Position numbers and translations under genes: made by a program. From NCBI GenBank assembly GCA_963770835.1, contig CAVYRH010000011.1, positions 224,001 through 288,000 on the forward strand: a stretch of DNA of 64,000 bases, written 5' to 3'. The notes below the pieces were generated by a model. The model saw nothing but the letters and a program-made list of their open reading frames with translations. It was not told the DNA's origin and searched no databases. Of this stretch, positions 1 through 8,999 are shown piece after piece. How positions within the stretch are numbered: the stretch's first letter is position 1; every line of letters begins with the position of its first letter. The stretch comes from an uncultured Pseudomonadota bacterium (GTDB lineage Bacteria > Oederibacteriota > Muellerivitia > Muellerivitales > Muellerivitaceae).

Positions 1-85
1 GGCCGTATTCTACGGGAACTCCCAGGGGATAACAAGAGATGAATTTCGGCTCCAGGAACAACAGGGAAGAAACGTTTTATTCCAA

Positions 86-1501
86 TTAAGGATGGCCCTC
101 TTCCGGAACCAAACCCTCATGATGAGTTGTCTCCAATTTACGGATGAGATTCTTGATGTCGTAATTGTTGGGATCGAACTGCTCCGCTTTCCGGGCCTCG
201 TAAAGGGCGGAAGAGATGTTATTCAGGGCAAAATCATTTACCCCTTGGTCATAGTCTTTTTTAGCATCATCCAGTATGGGACGGGGCGTTACAACCCATT
301 CATTGCAGGCGTATTTCTCCTGGCCTCCGACCACCGAACGGACAATGATGTGGTACCGAATGCCGTTCGTAGCTCCCCGCAACAGGCAATATTTGGTTTG
401 AAGAAGCTCTTGTTTGGCCCGTTGGAAGTCCTTTTGCTCATCAGATCGGAAATAGACCAGATAACCGTCGGCCTGGCTTCCCTCCGGGATATCCCATTTC
501 AGGTAGATTTCCCCGTCCCCGACCAGGGATTGGACCATATAGGGCCTTGGTTCGGCTTTTCCCGGTGGACCGACATTGAAAAAATAACTCGCCGATAGAC
601 GGTTATTGTTTCCAAGGTCCGGATGGTTGGCATAAGCGTAGTCGATCGACCAATCGGAGGCTCGGTAACTGGCTCCCACGCTGAATTCCCCAGGAAGTGT
701 GACAAAGCTGATGAACCCCGCCCGCAAACCCAGGCGACCGTCGAAAAACCAATGCTCCACTCCGCCCCGGATACGCACATCTTCCCCCCCGAAGAGAGCG
801 TCATCAGAAAGGGTCCATGGCAAATCCGTGGCAACAAGGGTATAAGGGTCGAATTGGTAGGCCAATCCCAACGTCAAAACTGAAGGAATGGCTTGTTCTA
901 CGCCAGTGCTGTCATAACGAACCATCGTGGAAAGGTCAGTTAAGACGAGACCAGCTTTGAATTCGGTGTTGTCCTTGAACGGTTGGCGATACAGAAAACC
1001 CAGATCGACGCCCGTGCCCTCCACCGTTCCCCCTCCCCCAATGCCAGTATTGGCGAAAAGGTAGCGAAAATTAGCCCCCATCAACAAACGCTTTTCCGTG
1101 ACAAAGTCGATGGGGATGGCGACAGATCCCGTGTATTGATCCTCCTCGGCGCCCGCGATATCGGTATAAAACAAGTCATTCACGCTGATAGCCAAATGAA
1201 TGTCGTCAGGCAATGGGTATTGGAAGGAAAAATAAAGATTGCGGTTCTTGTCGTTTAAATACGAACCATACATTCCAAGGATCTGAGGCTGGTCCAATTG
1301 AACCAGTCCGGCGGGGTTCCAGTAGGCGGCGCTGGCATCATCGGCAACGGCCACGAAAGCCCCGCTCAAACCCATGGCGCGGGTTCCCACCCCCAATACA
1401 CCGCCCCGGTCGAAGAGCGCATAGCAAGGAGCAACGATGAGATGAAGTAGCAGCGCTATTCCAAGAAGCCGCAGACAGGCTTTAACTTTCATAGAAGTCA
1501 T
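86..1501 (-). CDS. PorV/PorQ-like (FadL-superfamily) outer-membrane beta-barrel with C-terminal fibronectin type III-like domain and TPR-like helices
   Basis: Signal peptide (..APCYA|). Motif GVGTRAMGLSGAFVAVADDASAAYWNPAGL. Alternating beta-strands ending SASYFF, then FN3-like GDGEIYLKWD..ADGYLVY..NGIRYHIIVRSV and a helical tail (..KAEQFDPNN). Start could be 1492. Confidence 0.75.
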   Translation of the reverse strand: MTSMKVKACLRLLGIALLLHLIVAPCYALFDRGGVLGVGTRAMGLSGAFVAVADDASAAYWNPAGLVQLDQPQILGMYGSYLNDKNRNLYFSFQYPLPDDIHLAISVNDLFYTDIAGAEEDQYTGSVAIPIDFVTEKRLLMGANFRYLFANTGIGGGGTVEGTGVDLGFLYRQPFKDNTEFKAGLVLTDLSTMVRYDSTGVEQAIPSVLTLGLAYQFDPYTLVATDLPWTLSDDALFGGEDVRIRGGVEHWFFDGRLGLRAGFISFVTLPGEFSVGASYRASDWSIDYAYANHPDLGNNNRLSASYFFNVGPPGKAEPRPYMVQSLVGDGEIYLKWDIPEGSQADGYLVYFRSDEQKDFQRAKQELLQTKYCLLRGATNGIRYHIIVRSVVGGQEKYACNEWVVTPRPILDDAKKDYDQGVNDFALNNISSALYEARKAEQFDPNNYDIKNLIRKLETTHHEGLVPEEGHP

Positions 1502-1537
1502 TCCATTAAGGAATCCGCTTCGATTCCTTCACTCCTT

Positions 1538-4500
1538 TCAGTGAGTGACCAACACTTTAACTGTTTTGTTCAAGGCCTGCCCGCTTGCAGAATCAATCCC
1601 ATCCAGGACGGCCAAATAAACCCCTGAAGCGACCGTTTGGCCGGACGCATTTCTCAAGTCCCAGGTCGAGGACCCGGCGTTGAGAGTGACGGTTTGAACC
1701 AGTTCCCCGTCGGCCGTGTAGATTTTTATTTTACTTTGATTATTCGCCGGTGTCCCGGCAAAAGAAGCAGTGAAGTTGACGGTGCCGCCTGGATGAGCGA
1801 AGTTCGGCCAAGCGATTAACGATATCGATTCCCCGTGGAATGTCGCGATAAAGGCATCCCTTTCCATCTGGACGGTACTCCCGTCGTTCGCGTGTTCCAG
1901 CAGGACAAAATGGTAGAAGCCGTTCGGAACCCAACCGCCGCTATCTTTCGTAGCGTTCCAAGTCCCGACGGTTTGGCCGTTCAGGTAGATCGAAATGGTT
2001 CCACCAGGTCCGTTCGGATTGGGAGTGAAGTTAGAAAGAGTCATCGAAAAAGTTGCTCCACTCGAGAAGGAAAGGGAGCCGCAAATAGAAGCCACCAATT
2101 CTCCACGTTCATCGTAAATGGACACCACTTGCAGGCCGCAGCCCGATGAGCTAGTTGCGGTCGGCGTACCCGTGATTGTGAAGGTGGGTGTCACAGAGGG
2201 TGTCAACGTGATAGTCGACGTGGGCGTTTGGGTGGCGGTAGTCGTGGGGGTGAAGGTCGCAGTATGTGTCAGTGTATTGGTAACAGTAGTGGTTGAAGTG
2301 GACGTAGCGGTATTCGTTAACGTGGTTGTCGGGGTCTGGGTCGGTGTAAGGGTGGTGGTATTGGTCGATGTATAAGTTGTGGTAGCCGTAGGCGTATTTG
2401 TATGCGTGTTTGTCGGTGTGTTCGTCGGGGTAGTAGTAAACGTGTTGGCTGGAGTATTGGTTGTCGTGCTCGTGGAGGAATTCGTCGGGCTATTAGTTGT
2501 TGTCATCGTGGCTGTATTGGTAGCTGTGTTTGTGGGCGTATTGGTAGGTGTGTTGGTGGCAGTAAGTGAAGCTGTGTTGGTTGGTGTATTTGTAGTTGTG
2601 TTCGTAGCCGTATTAGTGGCTGTATTCGTGGCGGTGTTCGAAGATGTATTCGTTGCCGTATTGGTCGCCGTGTTGGTGGTTGTGTTGGTCGCCGTATTAG
2701 TGGCTGTGCTTGTGGTCGTAGTCGTGGCCGTATTCGTGGGCGTACCTGTAGGTGTATTGGTAGCCGTATTTGTGGGTGTATCGGTTGGCGGCAATGTTCC
2801 AGTGTCAGAGGGAGTAGCCGTCGCTGTCTTTGTGGGCGTTTCGGTTATGGTGCTCGTCGCGGTATTCGTAGGCGTATTCGTGGCAGTATTGGTTGCCGTC
2901 GTCGTGGTTGTATTTGTGGGCGTATCTGTTGGGGTATTGGTCGGAGTATTAGTCGTTGTATTAGAAGCAGTAGTAGTTGTTGTTTCCGTCGGAGTACTGG
3001 TGGTCGTATCAGTAGCAGTATTAGTCGCGGTATTAGTAGCCGTATTTGTAGCGGTATCGGTTGGAGTGTTCGTAGTCGTACTTGTGGCCGTATTAGTTGC
3101 TGTGGAAGTGGGTGTGGTTGTCGGAGTATCGGTAGCGGTGTTCGTGGTTGTATTCGTTAACGTGGTTGTCGGGGTCTGAGTAGGCGTATTGGTAGGGGTA
3201 TTAGTGGTCGTATTAGTTGTGGTATTGGTAGCCGTATTCGTTGGCGTGTCCGTCGTTGTATTTGTAGCAGAATTGGTGGCCGTGTTGGTGGCAGTATTCG
3301 TTGCAGTATTAGTTGGTGTATTGGTTGGAGTATTGGTGGTCGTATTCGTCGGGGTGTTAGTTGCGGTTTCTGTGGCCGTATTTGTAGCGGTGTTAGTAGC
3401 AGTATTAGTGGCTGTATTCGTTGGCGTATTGGTCGGAGTGTTCGTGGCTGTGCTGGTGGCGGTATTCGTTGCAGTGGTAGTCGCGGTATTGGTTGCCGTA
3501 TTCGTCGAGGTATTAGTCGCTGTGTTTGTGGCGGTGTTAGTAGCCGTATTAGTGGCTGTATTGGTTGCGGTGTTGGTTGCCGTATTCGTTGGTGTATTGG
3601 TAGCAGTATCGACAAAGGTATTCGTAGGTGTGTTCGTCGGAGTACTAGTAGTCGTGTTGGTAGCCGTGTTCGTGGCTGTATTAGTGGCTGTATTGGTTGC
3701 AGTGGTGGTTGCTGTGTTCGTTGGCGTGTTCGTCGCAGTATTCGTGGCCGTGTTCGTGGCTGTGCTCGTGGCGGTATTCGTCGGGGTGTTAGTCGCCGTG
3801 TTTGTGGCGGTGTTAGTAGCCGTATTAGTGGCTGTATTGGTTGCGGTGTTGGTTGCTGTATTCGTTGGCGTATTAGTAGCAGTGTTTGTGGCGGTATTGG
3901 TAGCTGTGTTAGTGGCTGTATTCGTTGGTGTATTGGTAGCAGTATCGACAAAGGTATTCGTAGGTGTGTTCGTCGTAGTACTAGTAGTCGTGTTGGTAGC
4001 CGTGTTAGTAGGCGTATTAGTGGCTGTATTGGTCGCAGTGGTGGTTGCTGTATTCGTTGGCGTGTTTGTCGCAGTGCTAGTAGCGGTATTCGTCGCGGTA
4101 TTTGTGGCAGTATTCGTCGCAGTGTTTGTTGGCGTACTTGTGGCAGTGCTGGTAGCCGTGTTGGTAGCGGTGCTAGTGGCCGTATTCGTGGTGGTATTGG
4201 TAGCAGTGTTCGTAGCTGTAGGTGTATTGGTCGGGGTATTCGTAGTCGTACTAGTCGCCGTATTTGTGGGGGTGTTAGTCGCTGTGTTTGTAGCGGTGTT
4301 AGTAGCCGTATTAGTGGCTGTATTCGTTGGCGTGTTTGTCGCAGTGTCAGTAGCAGTATTCGTCGCAGTGTTGGTTGCCGTGCTGGTGGCAGTTTTAGTA
4401 GCAGTATTAGTCGCCGTGTTAGTAGCGGTGTTGGTTGCCGTATTGGTAGCAGTGTTCGTTGGCGTATTAGTCGCTGTGTTTGTAGCGGTGTTAGTAGCCG

Positions 4501-7270
4501 TATTAGTGGCTGTATTCGTTGGCGTGTTTGTCGCAGTGCCAGTAGCAGTATTCGTCGCAGTGTTGGTTGCCGTGCTGGTGGCAGTTTTAGTAGCAGTATT
4601 AGTCGCCGTGTTAGTAGCGGTGCTGGTTGCCGTATTAGTGGCTGTATTCGTTGGCGTGTTTGTCGCAGTGCCAGTAGCAGTATTCGTCGCAGTGTTGGTG
4701 GCAGTATTAGTCGCCGTGTTAGTAGCGGTGTTGGTTGCCGTATTGGTAGCAGTGTTCGTTGGCGTATTAGTCGCTGTGTTTGTAGCGGTGTTAGTAGCCG
4801 TATTAGTGGCTGTATTCGTTGGCGTATTTGTCGCAGTGCCAGTAGCAGTATTCGTCGCAGTGTTGGTTGCCGTGTTGGTGGCAGTTTTAGTAGCAGTATT
4901 AGTCGCCGTATTCGTGGGGGTGTTAGTAGCCGTGTTGGTGGCGGTTTTCGTTGCAGTGTTAGTAGCGGTATTAGTGGCCGTATTGGTTTGAGTGGTAGTG
5001 GCTGTGTTGGTAGCTGTATTCGTCGCAGTATTAGTAGTGGTGTTAGTAGGTGTATTAGTTGGTGTGGTGGTAGTCGTATTCGTCGCAGTGTTAGTAGCAG
5101 AATTGGTCGGTGTGTAGGTAGCTGTGACAGTCGGTGTTTTAGTAGGAGTGCTTGTAGTTGTATAGGTGGGGGTGTTCGTCGGAGTGGCTGTTGGCAAGCA
5201 TGAGGCGGCAAAAAATTCCGCGCCCAAGATATCCGATTTTTCACTAGCTGTTATGGCATATTCCATTGGATAGGCGTAATTCCCAACGGCGGCTAGCTGG
5301 TAATCCCCTTCCCAACCTCGGTTTGTACCCACCGTTGTCCATGCTTGGTTTTGGTTTGTGTTGTTTTTGGTTATGGCGTCGGCGGCGGCATCATTAGCAA
5401 AGCCCACAATGAGTGAATTGGTGGCCTGAGTTAGAAGGCTTGTGGATGGATTTTTCGAAGCGGCAAAGTTCGTCGCGAGCGTAGTTCCAAGGGGTGAAGT
5501 TTGTGCCGCCCCCGTGAAAACCATGGCTCCCACCACGGCGGAAGGGACAGTGGCGGCGCTGAATTTTGCGATGATGGTTTGCGGGCCCGAGAACATACTG
5601 GTTCCCGGTAAATAGTAAATCCAGCTGCTGTCCCCGGTTTCCGCGGAATTAACCAGCGACACGGCGGCGGTTAAAGTAGCCGAAGTTGTGCCATTGGTGT
5701 CCGTAACGGGCGCGGAAATCAGGAGGTTGTCATGCTCGCTGATTTCAACAACAAGGAGCGGGTTCTGGCTTAGGACAGCGGCCGGGACGTTCAGAGGAAG
5801 GGTGACGGCCCCGGTATTGGTGCTGTAAAGCACTGTTGCCGCCGAAGAGTAAGCCAAGTTAAAGCAAGGCGTCGGAGTGGGTGTAAAAGCCGGGACAGAT
5901 CCACCACAACCGATTGCGTAGATAGAGTAATTATTCGTTCCTGTGGCTTGGTTGGTACCATTATCCGTGTAAGGATCTTGCAACGTGGGATAAGGCCCGT
6001 TGTTAATCGTCTCGGAATATTCCGTCCCGGCGGCTCCGGTGTTGTAAGAAACTTCTGCGGTGGTGCCAATAAAGTAAAACTCAAGCCAGTAACTTCCCGG
6101 TGGGAGGGCCGTCGGCGAAACCGCGACTAGGTTCCATCCAGCCACCATGGAAGTTTCATCGCTTTGGACAAGCAGGCTTCCCGGGAACCCGCCATCGTTC
6201 GAATATATTCCTAAGACGCCGGTAACAGCGGTGGCCGTATTTAAGTTAATTTCCATCTCAGTAATTGTGGCGGCGCTGGACAAGGTGTAAAGAGAACCAT
6301 CTTGAAGTCCTACCTCGTTGCCGCTGACATTGGCGCCGACAGTCGTTAAGCCAACCGTTTGAGGGGAGGCACAGGCGGGAGTAGGAGTGGCCGTTATACA
6401 CGGGGCAGGGATAATAGACTGGATTGTGTCGGTTGCACCCGTTCCCGCCGTGAACCCCCAATTAACGACCGATTGGCCGCCAAAAACGCTATTCACCAAG
6501 TCGCGCGAATAAACCATGGATTGGGGATTTCCGTTCGAGTCCACGATGGTAAAAGTAAGCGTCTTCGCGGCGGCAGACCAAGTGATGGTAACGGCGTGGT
6601 TGCCAGTGGTGAAAATACTGGACGTGAAAGTGTAGGGGCAGATATCACCTGCGGTGACATATTGGCAGCTATTATTGGCTGGAGCGGGCCCATTGCCGTT
6701 TTCGGAGGTTTCCAATTCCCCATCCCCATAGGTACCCGCGTAAGTATTCAAGGTAAATGCCATCGACGGTGATATAGAAGCAGCGCCGGAATAACCCAGG
6801 CAGGCGCCACAAGAAGTGCCGCCATTATCACTTATGGCATAAATACCTTGCGGATCGTTTTGCAGGACGAAAGCGATGCCATCCGCCCCACCCGTCGCCC
6901 CGACATTGTAGGTGAAGGCCATGTTGAAATTCGAGGTAAGAGTCACGGGAGATAAGCTCCAACAGGCTCCTGCTTGCCCGGTTGACGCGCCAGTCAGGGT
7001 GACAGCGCCGCCAGGACCCGCAACCGCAGTCCCCACTAAATTCCAGCTTGGGCAGACCTGGGCTTGCACCTTGGATTCGATTCCGCAAAAAATAAAAATC
7101 AAAAACGAACAGAGATAGCGTGAAATCTTTACATTGGTGAATCGGGGAAATCTGAACAAAGCAAAATGACCCAAAAGCCATATAAATGGAAATGTTGAAG
7201 TCAATACCAAAGCAAAAAGAAGAACGTTAAAATAAATAGCATTAGAGTATTCCAAAATGTGACCCGTCAT
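1538..7270 (-). CDS. Giant secreted/surface protein: L-type lectin domain, two further beta-rich domains, ~1000 aa Thr-rich repeat stalk, tandem FlgD-Ig/T9SS-CTD-like C-terminal domains
   Basis: ATG at 7270 with GAGGAG RBS at 7275-7280. Legume-lectin motif LTGASTGQAGACW..GGADGIAFVLQ..WGFTAGTG. TNTA/TNTP repeats. C-terminus WPN..IKIYTADGELVQT..WDLRNASGQTVASGVYL..KVLVTH. Confidence 0.85.
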   Translation of the reverse strand: MTGHILEYSNAIYFNVLLFALVLTSTFPFIWLLGHFALFRFPRFTNVKISRYLCSFLIFIFCGIESKVQAQVCPSWNLVGTAVAGPGGAVTLTGASTGQAGACWSLSPVTLTSNFNMAFTYNVGATGGADGIAFVLQNDPQGIYAISDNGGTSCGACLGYSGAASISPSMAFTLNTYAGTYGDGELETSENGNGPAPANNSCQYVTAGDICPYTFTSSIFTTGNHAVTITWSAAAKTLTFTIVDSNGNPQSMVYSRDLVNSVFGGQSVVNWGFTAGTGATDTIQSIIPAPCITATPTPACASPQTVGLTTVGANVSGNEVGLQDGSLYTLSSAATITEMEINLNTATAVTGVLGIYSNDGGFPGSLLVQSDETSMVAGWNLVAVSPTALPPGSYWLEFYFIGTTAEVSYNTGAAGTEYSETINNGPYPTLQDPYTDNGTNQATGTNNYSIYAIGCGGSVPAFTPTPTPCFNLAYSSAATVLYSTNTGAVTLPLNVPAAVLSQNPLLVVEISEHDNLLISAPVTDTNGTTSATLTAAVSLVNSAETGDSSWIYYLPGTSMFSGPQTIIAKFSAATVPSAVVGAMVFTGAAQTSPLGTTLATNFAASKNPSTSLLTQATNSLIVGFANDAAADAITKNNTNQNQAWTTVGTNRGWEGDYQLAAVGNYAYPMEYAITASEKSDILGAEFFAASCLPTATPTNTPTYTTTSTPTKTPTVTATYTPTNSATNTATNTTTTTPTNTPTNTTTNTATNTATNTATTTQTNTATNTATNTATKTATNTATNTPTNTATNTATKTATNTATNTATNTATGTATNTPTNTATNTATNTATNTATNTPTNTATNTATNTATNTATNTATNTATNTATGTATNTPTNTATNTATSTATNTATNTATKTATSTATNTATNTATGTATNTPTNTATNTATNTATNTATNTPTNTATNTATNTATNTATNTATKTATSTATNTATNTATDTATNTPTNTATNTATNTATNTATNTPTNTATSTTTNTPTNTPTATNTATNTTTNTATSTATNTATSTATSTPTNTATNTATNTATNTATSTATNTPTNTATTTATNTATNTPTNTATNTTTSTTTNTPTNTFVDTATNTPTNTATNTATNTATNTATNTPTNTATNTATNTATNTATNTATNTATNTPTNTATSTATNTATNTATNTPTNTATTTATNTATNTATNTATNTTTSTPTNTPTNTFVDTATNTPTNTATNTATNTATNTATNTATNTATNTSTNTATNTATTTATNTATSTATNTPTNTPTNTATNTATNTATNTATETATNTPTNTTTNTPTNTPTNTATNTATNTATNSATNTTTDTPTNTATNTTTNTTTNTPTNTPTQTPTTTLTNTTTNTATDTPTTTPTSTATNTATSTTTNTPTDTATNTATNTATNTATDTTTSTPTETTTTTASNTTTNTPTNTPTDTPTNTTTTTATNTATNTPTNTATSTITETPTKTATATPSDTGTLPPTDTPTNTATNTPTGTPTNTATTTTTSTATNTATNTTTNTATNTATNTSSNTATNTATNTATNTTTNTPTNTASLTATNTPTNTPTNTATNTATMTTTNSPTNSSTSTTTNTPANTFTTTPTNTPTNTHTNTPTATTTYTSTNTTTLTPTQTPTTTLTNTATSTSTTTVTNTLTHTATFTPTTTATQTPTSTITLTPSVTPTFTITGTPTATSSSGCGLQVVSIYDERGELVASICGSLSFSSGATFSMTLSNFTPNPNGPGGTISIYLNGQTVGTWNATKDSGGWVPNGFYHFVLLEHANDGSTVQMERDAFIATFHGESISLIAWPNFAHPGGTVNFTASFAGTPANNQSKIKIYTADGELVQTVTLNAGSSTWDLRNASGQTVASGVYLAVLDGIDSASGQALNKTVKVLVTH
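2150..5197 (-). repeat. Intragenic 12-bp-period degenerate tandem repeat encoding (T-N-T-A/P)n, with higher-order duplicated blocks
   Basis: Translation has Thr at almost every second residue. 4441-4500 is identical to 4741-4800. The TFVDT block recurs near 3606 and 3942. Confidence 0.95.
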
Positions 7271-7643
7271 CTGGCTCCTCAATCAAGTAAAACAGTTACC
7301 CTTAAACTTCCATACAATTTTACCCCATATTTGGGCGAACTCAAGTGAACAATGGGGTAACTTTTTATTGAAAAAACAAGGGAAAACAAGCTTTTCTTAT
7401 AATCACTTAAAATTAATCTTCTTTTGAACTTGGGATTTAAGTTCATTTGAAGTTCATCCGTAGCTTGAATTGAGTCTTTTTTTCCCAATTGTTTATTTTT
7501 AACCCACATTCATAACGTTTTATGCTTCTTAAAAGGTGCTTTTTCCATCGAAAAACGAAATTTCAAGTTGGCACTACTGTTGCGTTATGTAAGACCAACG
7601 GCGGTTGAAATGGGACGGCCGAACTCAAAAGAGCGGGTGACTT

Positions 7644-8603
7644 ATGAAAAAATTTTTTTCTCTCTCGGTGCTGGTAATTCTCATAACACAAGGTCCATGG
7701 GGTTGTGGACACATCCAAAACCCAACTTCTCCCCTTGTCAAAAGCTCCAATGAACCTTCAACCACCCCAAACCCGTCCTATGTCGCGGCCTGGTCCAAAG
7801 CCGGTTCGGTGTCCTTTGTCAATCCCCAATGCGTGGCCGTGGATGAAAATAACAACATCTACGTCACGGACATGTATCTGGGGGAGGTTTTTAAGTTCGG
7901 CACCAACGGCAATCTTTTAGCCCAATGGAGCAACACCGGCACAAATATCTTAAACGAACCCAATGGGATCATGGTTGAAAACGGGAATATTTACGTAGCG
8001 GATTCTGGTAACGACCGCATCGTGGAATTCGATCCGAACGGCAATATGCTGGCCCAACTGTGCCCCGCCGGTTCCGATGGATACGACCTCTTTGTTTACC
8101 CCACAGGAATTTCGTTTGACCCATCCGGCAACCTTTACGTGGCAGACAATTCCGACCAGGTCTACCAATTCAACTCCTCCCTCCAGTTGAGCGCCCAGTG
8201 GGGGGTGAGCGGGTCGACCAACGGTGCCTTTAATTATCCTGTCGTGTCGGCCGAGGACGGCTTGGGGAATGTTTATATCGTGAACAACAACGCCGACAAC
8301 ATCGTCAAATTCAACCCCGCTCTCAACAATGTCGCGACTTGGGGCCGGATAGGCAGCCAAAACGGGCAATTCGAGGGCCCCAATGACGTCAAACTGGATT
8401 CCAATGGAAACGTTTATGTGGTGGACACCGGGAACAACCGCATCGAGGTCTTCACCACCACCGGTACTTATCAAATACAATGGGGCAACGTTTCCAACTC
8501 CCAAGGCTTGAACGGACCAACCGGTATTGCCTTAGATTCCAACGGAAACGCCTACGTGGTGGACAATGGTAACAACCGGATTGTCAAATACACCTTGAAT
8601 TAA
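7644..8603 (+). CDS. NHL-repeat beta-propeller protein, probable lipoprotein
   Basis: Six repeats like PxGIALDSNGNxYVVDxGNNRI. N-terminal signal with a Cys (GPWGC). Confidence 0.85.
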   Translation: MKKFFSLSVLVILITQGPWGCGHIQNPTSPLVKSSNEPSTTPNPSYVAAWSKAGSVSFVNPQCVAVDENNNIYVTDMYLGEVFKFGTNGNLLAQWSNTGTNILNEPNGIMVENGNIYVADSGNDRIVEFDPNGNMLAQLCPAGSDGYDLFVYPTGISFDPSGNLYVADNSDQVYQFNSSLQLSAQWGVSGSTNGAFNYPVVSAEDGLGNVYIVNNNADNIVKFNPALNNVATWGRIGSQNGQFEGPNDVKLDSNGNVYVVDTGNNRIEVFTTTGTYQIQWGNVSNSQGLNGPTGIALDSNGNAYVVDNGNNRIVKYTLN

Positions 8604-8612
8604 AAGTGGCAC

Positions 8613-8648
8613 AAAAATAGGGCGTTGAATTTTCAACGCCCTATTTTT
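8613..8648. terminator. Bidirectional intrinsic terminator between the convergent NHL gene and rsfS
   Basis: Perfect 17-bp inverted repeat AAAAATAGGGCGTTGAA-tt-TTCAACGCCCTATTTTT, overlapping the rsfS stop codon. Confidence 0.85.
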
Positions 8649-8989
8649 AAAATCTGAAACCTTTTTGCATCGCTCCACAAGCCTTCAAGATCGTAATAAA
8701 TCCTGCTTTCCTCCTTAAAAACATGAACTACCACATCAACGAAATCCAAAATCCACCAACTATCGTTCTTGGAGGAATTGATATAAATGGGCCCTTCTTT
8801 TTTCTCGAAAGCATGCTCGATGCTCGATACCAACGCAGCTACATGCGTGCTGGATGTTCCAGAACAGATAACCATGAAATCCGTGTAAGCCACGATTTCT
8901 TCCATTTCCAATATCTGAATGCTTATAGCTTTTTTGTCTTCAAGTACTTGTATGATTTTAGGAAGACACGGAGGAATGATCGGGCTCAC
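8633..8989 (-). CDS. rsfS: Ribosome silencing factor RsfS (iojap)
   Basis: LEDKKA..TDFMVICSGTS..WWILDFVDVVVHVF..RIYYDLEGLW. Downstream of nadD. Confidence 0.95.
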   Translation of the reverse strand: MSPIIPPCLPKIIQVLEDKKAISIQILEMEEIVAYTDFMVICSGTSSTHVAALVSSIEHAFEKKEGPIYINSSKNDSWWILDFVDVVVHVFKEESRIYYDLEGLWSDAKRFQILKIGR

Positions 8990-8999
8990 AAAACCTCAC

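Noticed and set aside
2118..4991. Long plus-strand ORFs of VLVAVFVA repeats (up to 600 aa) resembling a giant hydrophobic protein
   Set aside because: Antisense shadow of Thr/Asn/Ala codons in the repeat. No RBS or independent domain.
2150..5197. Possible CRISPR array or DGR-type template/variable repeat
   Set aside because: No constant repeat with unique spacers, no cas or reverse transcriptase gene, and differences are mostly synonymous and in frame.
3157..5244. 695-aa alternative-frame ORF rich in P/L/R/I/Q
   Set aside because: Frame-shifted reading of the same 12-bp repeat, which lacks stops by composition.
7279..7509. 76-aa ORF in the AT-rich gap between the giant gene and the NHL gene
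   Set aside because: No RBS or motif. More likely divergent promoter DNA.
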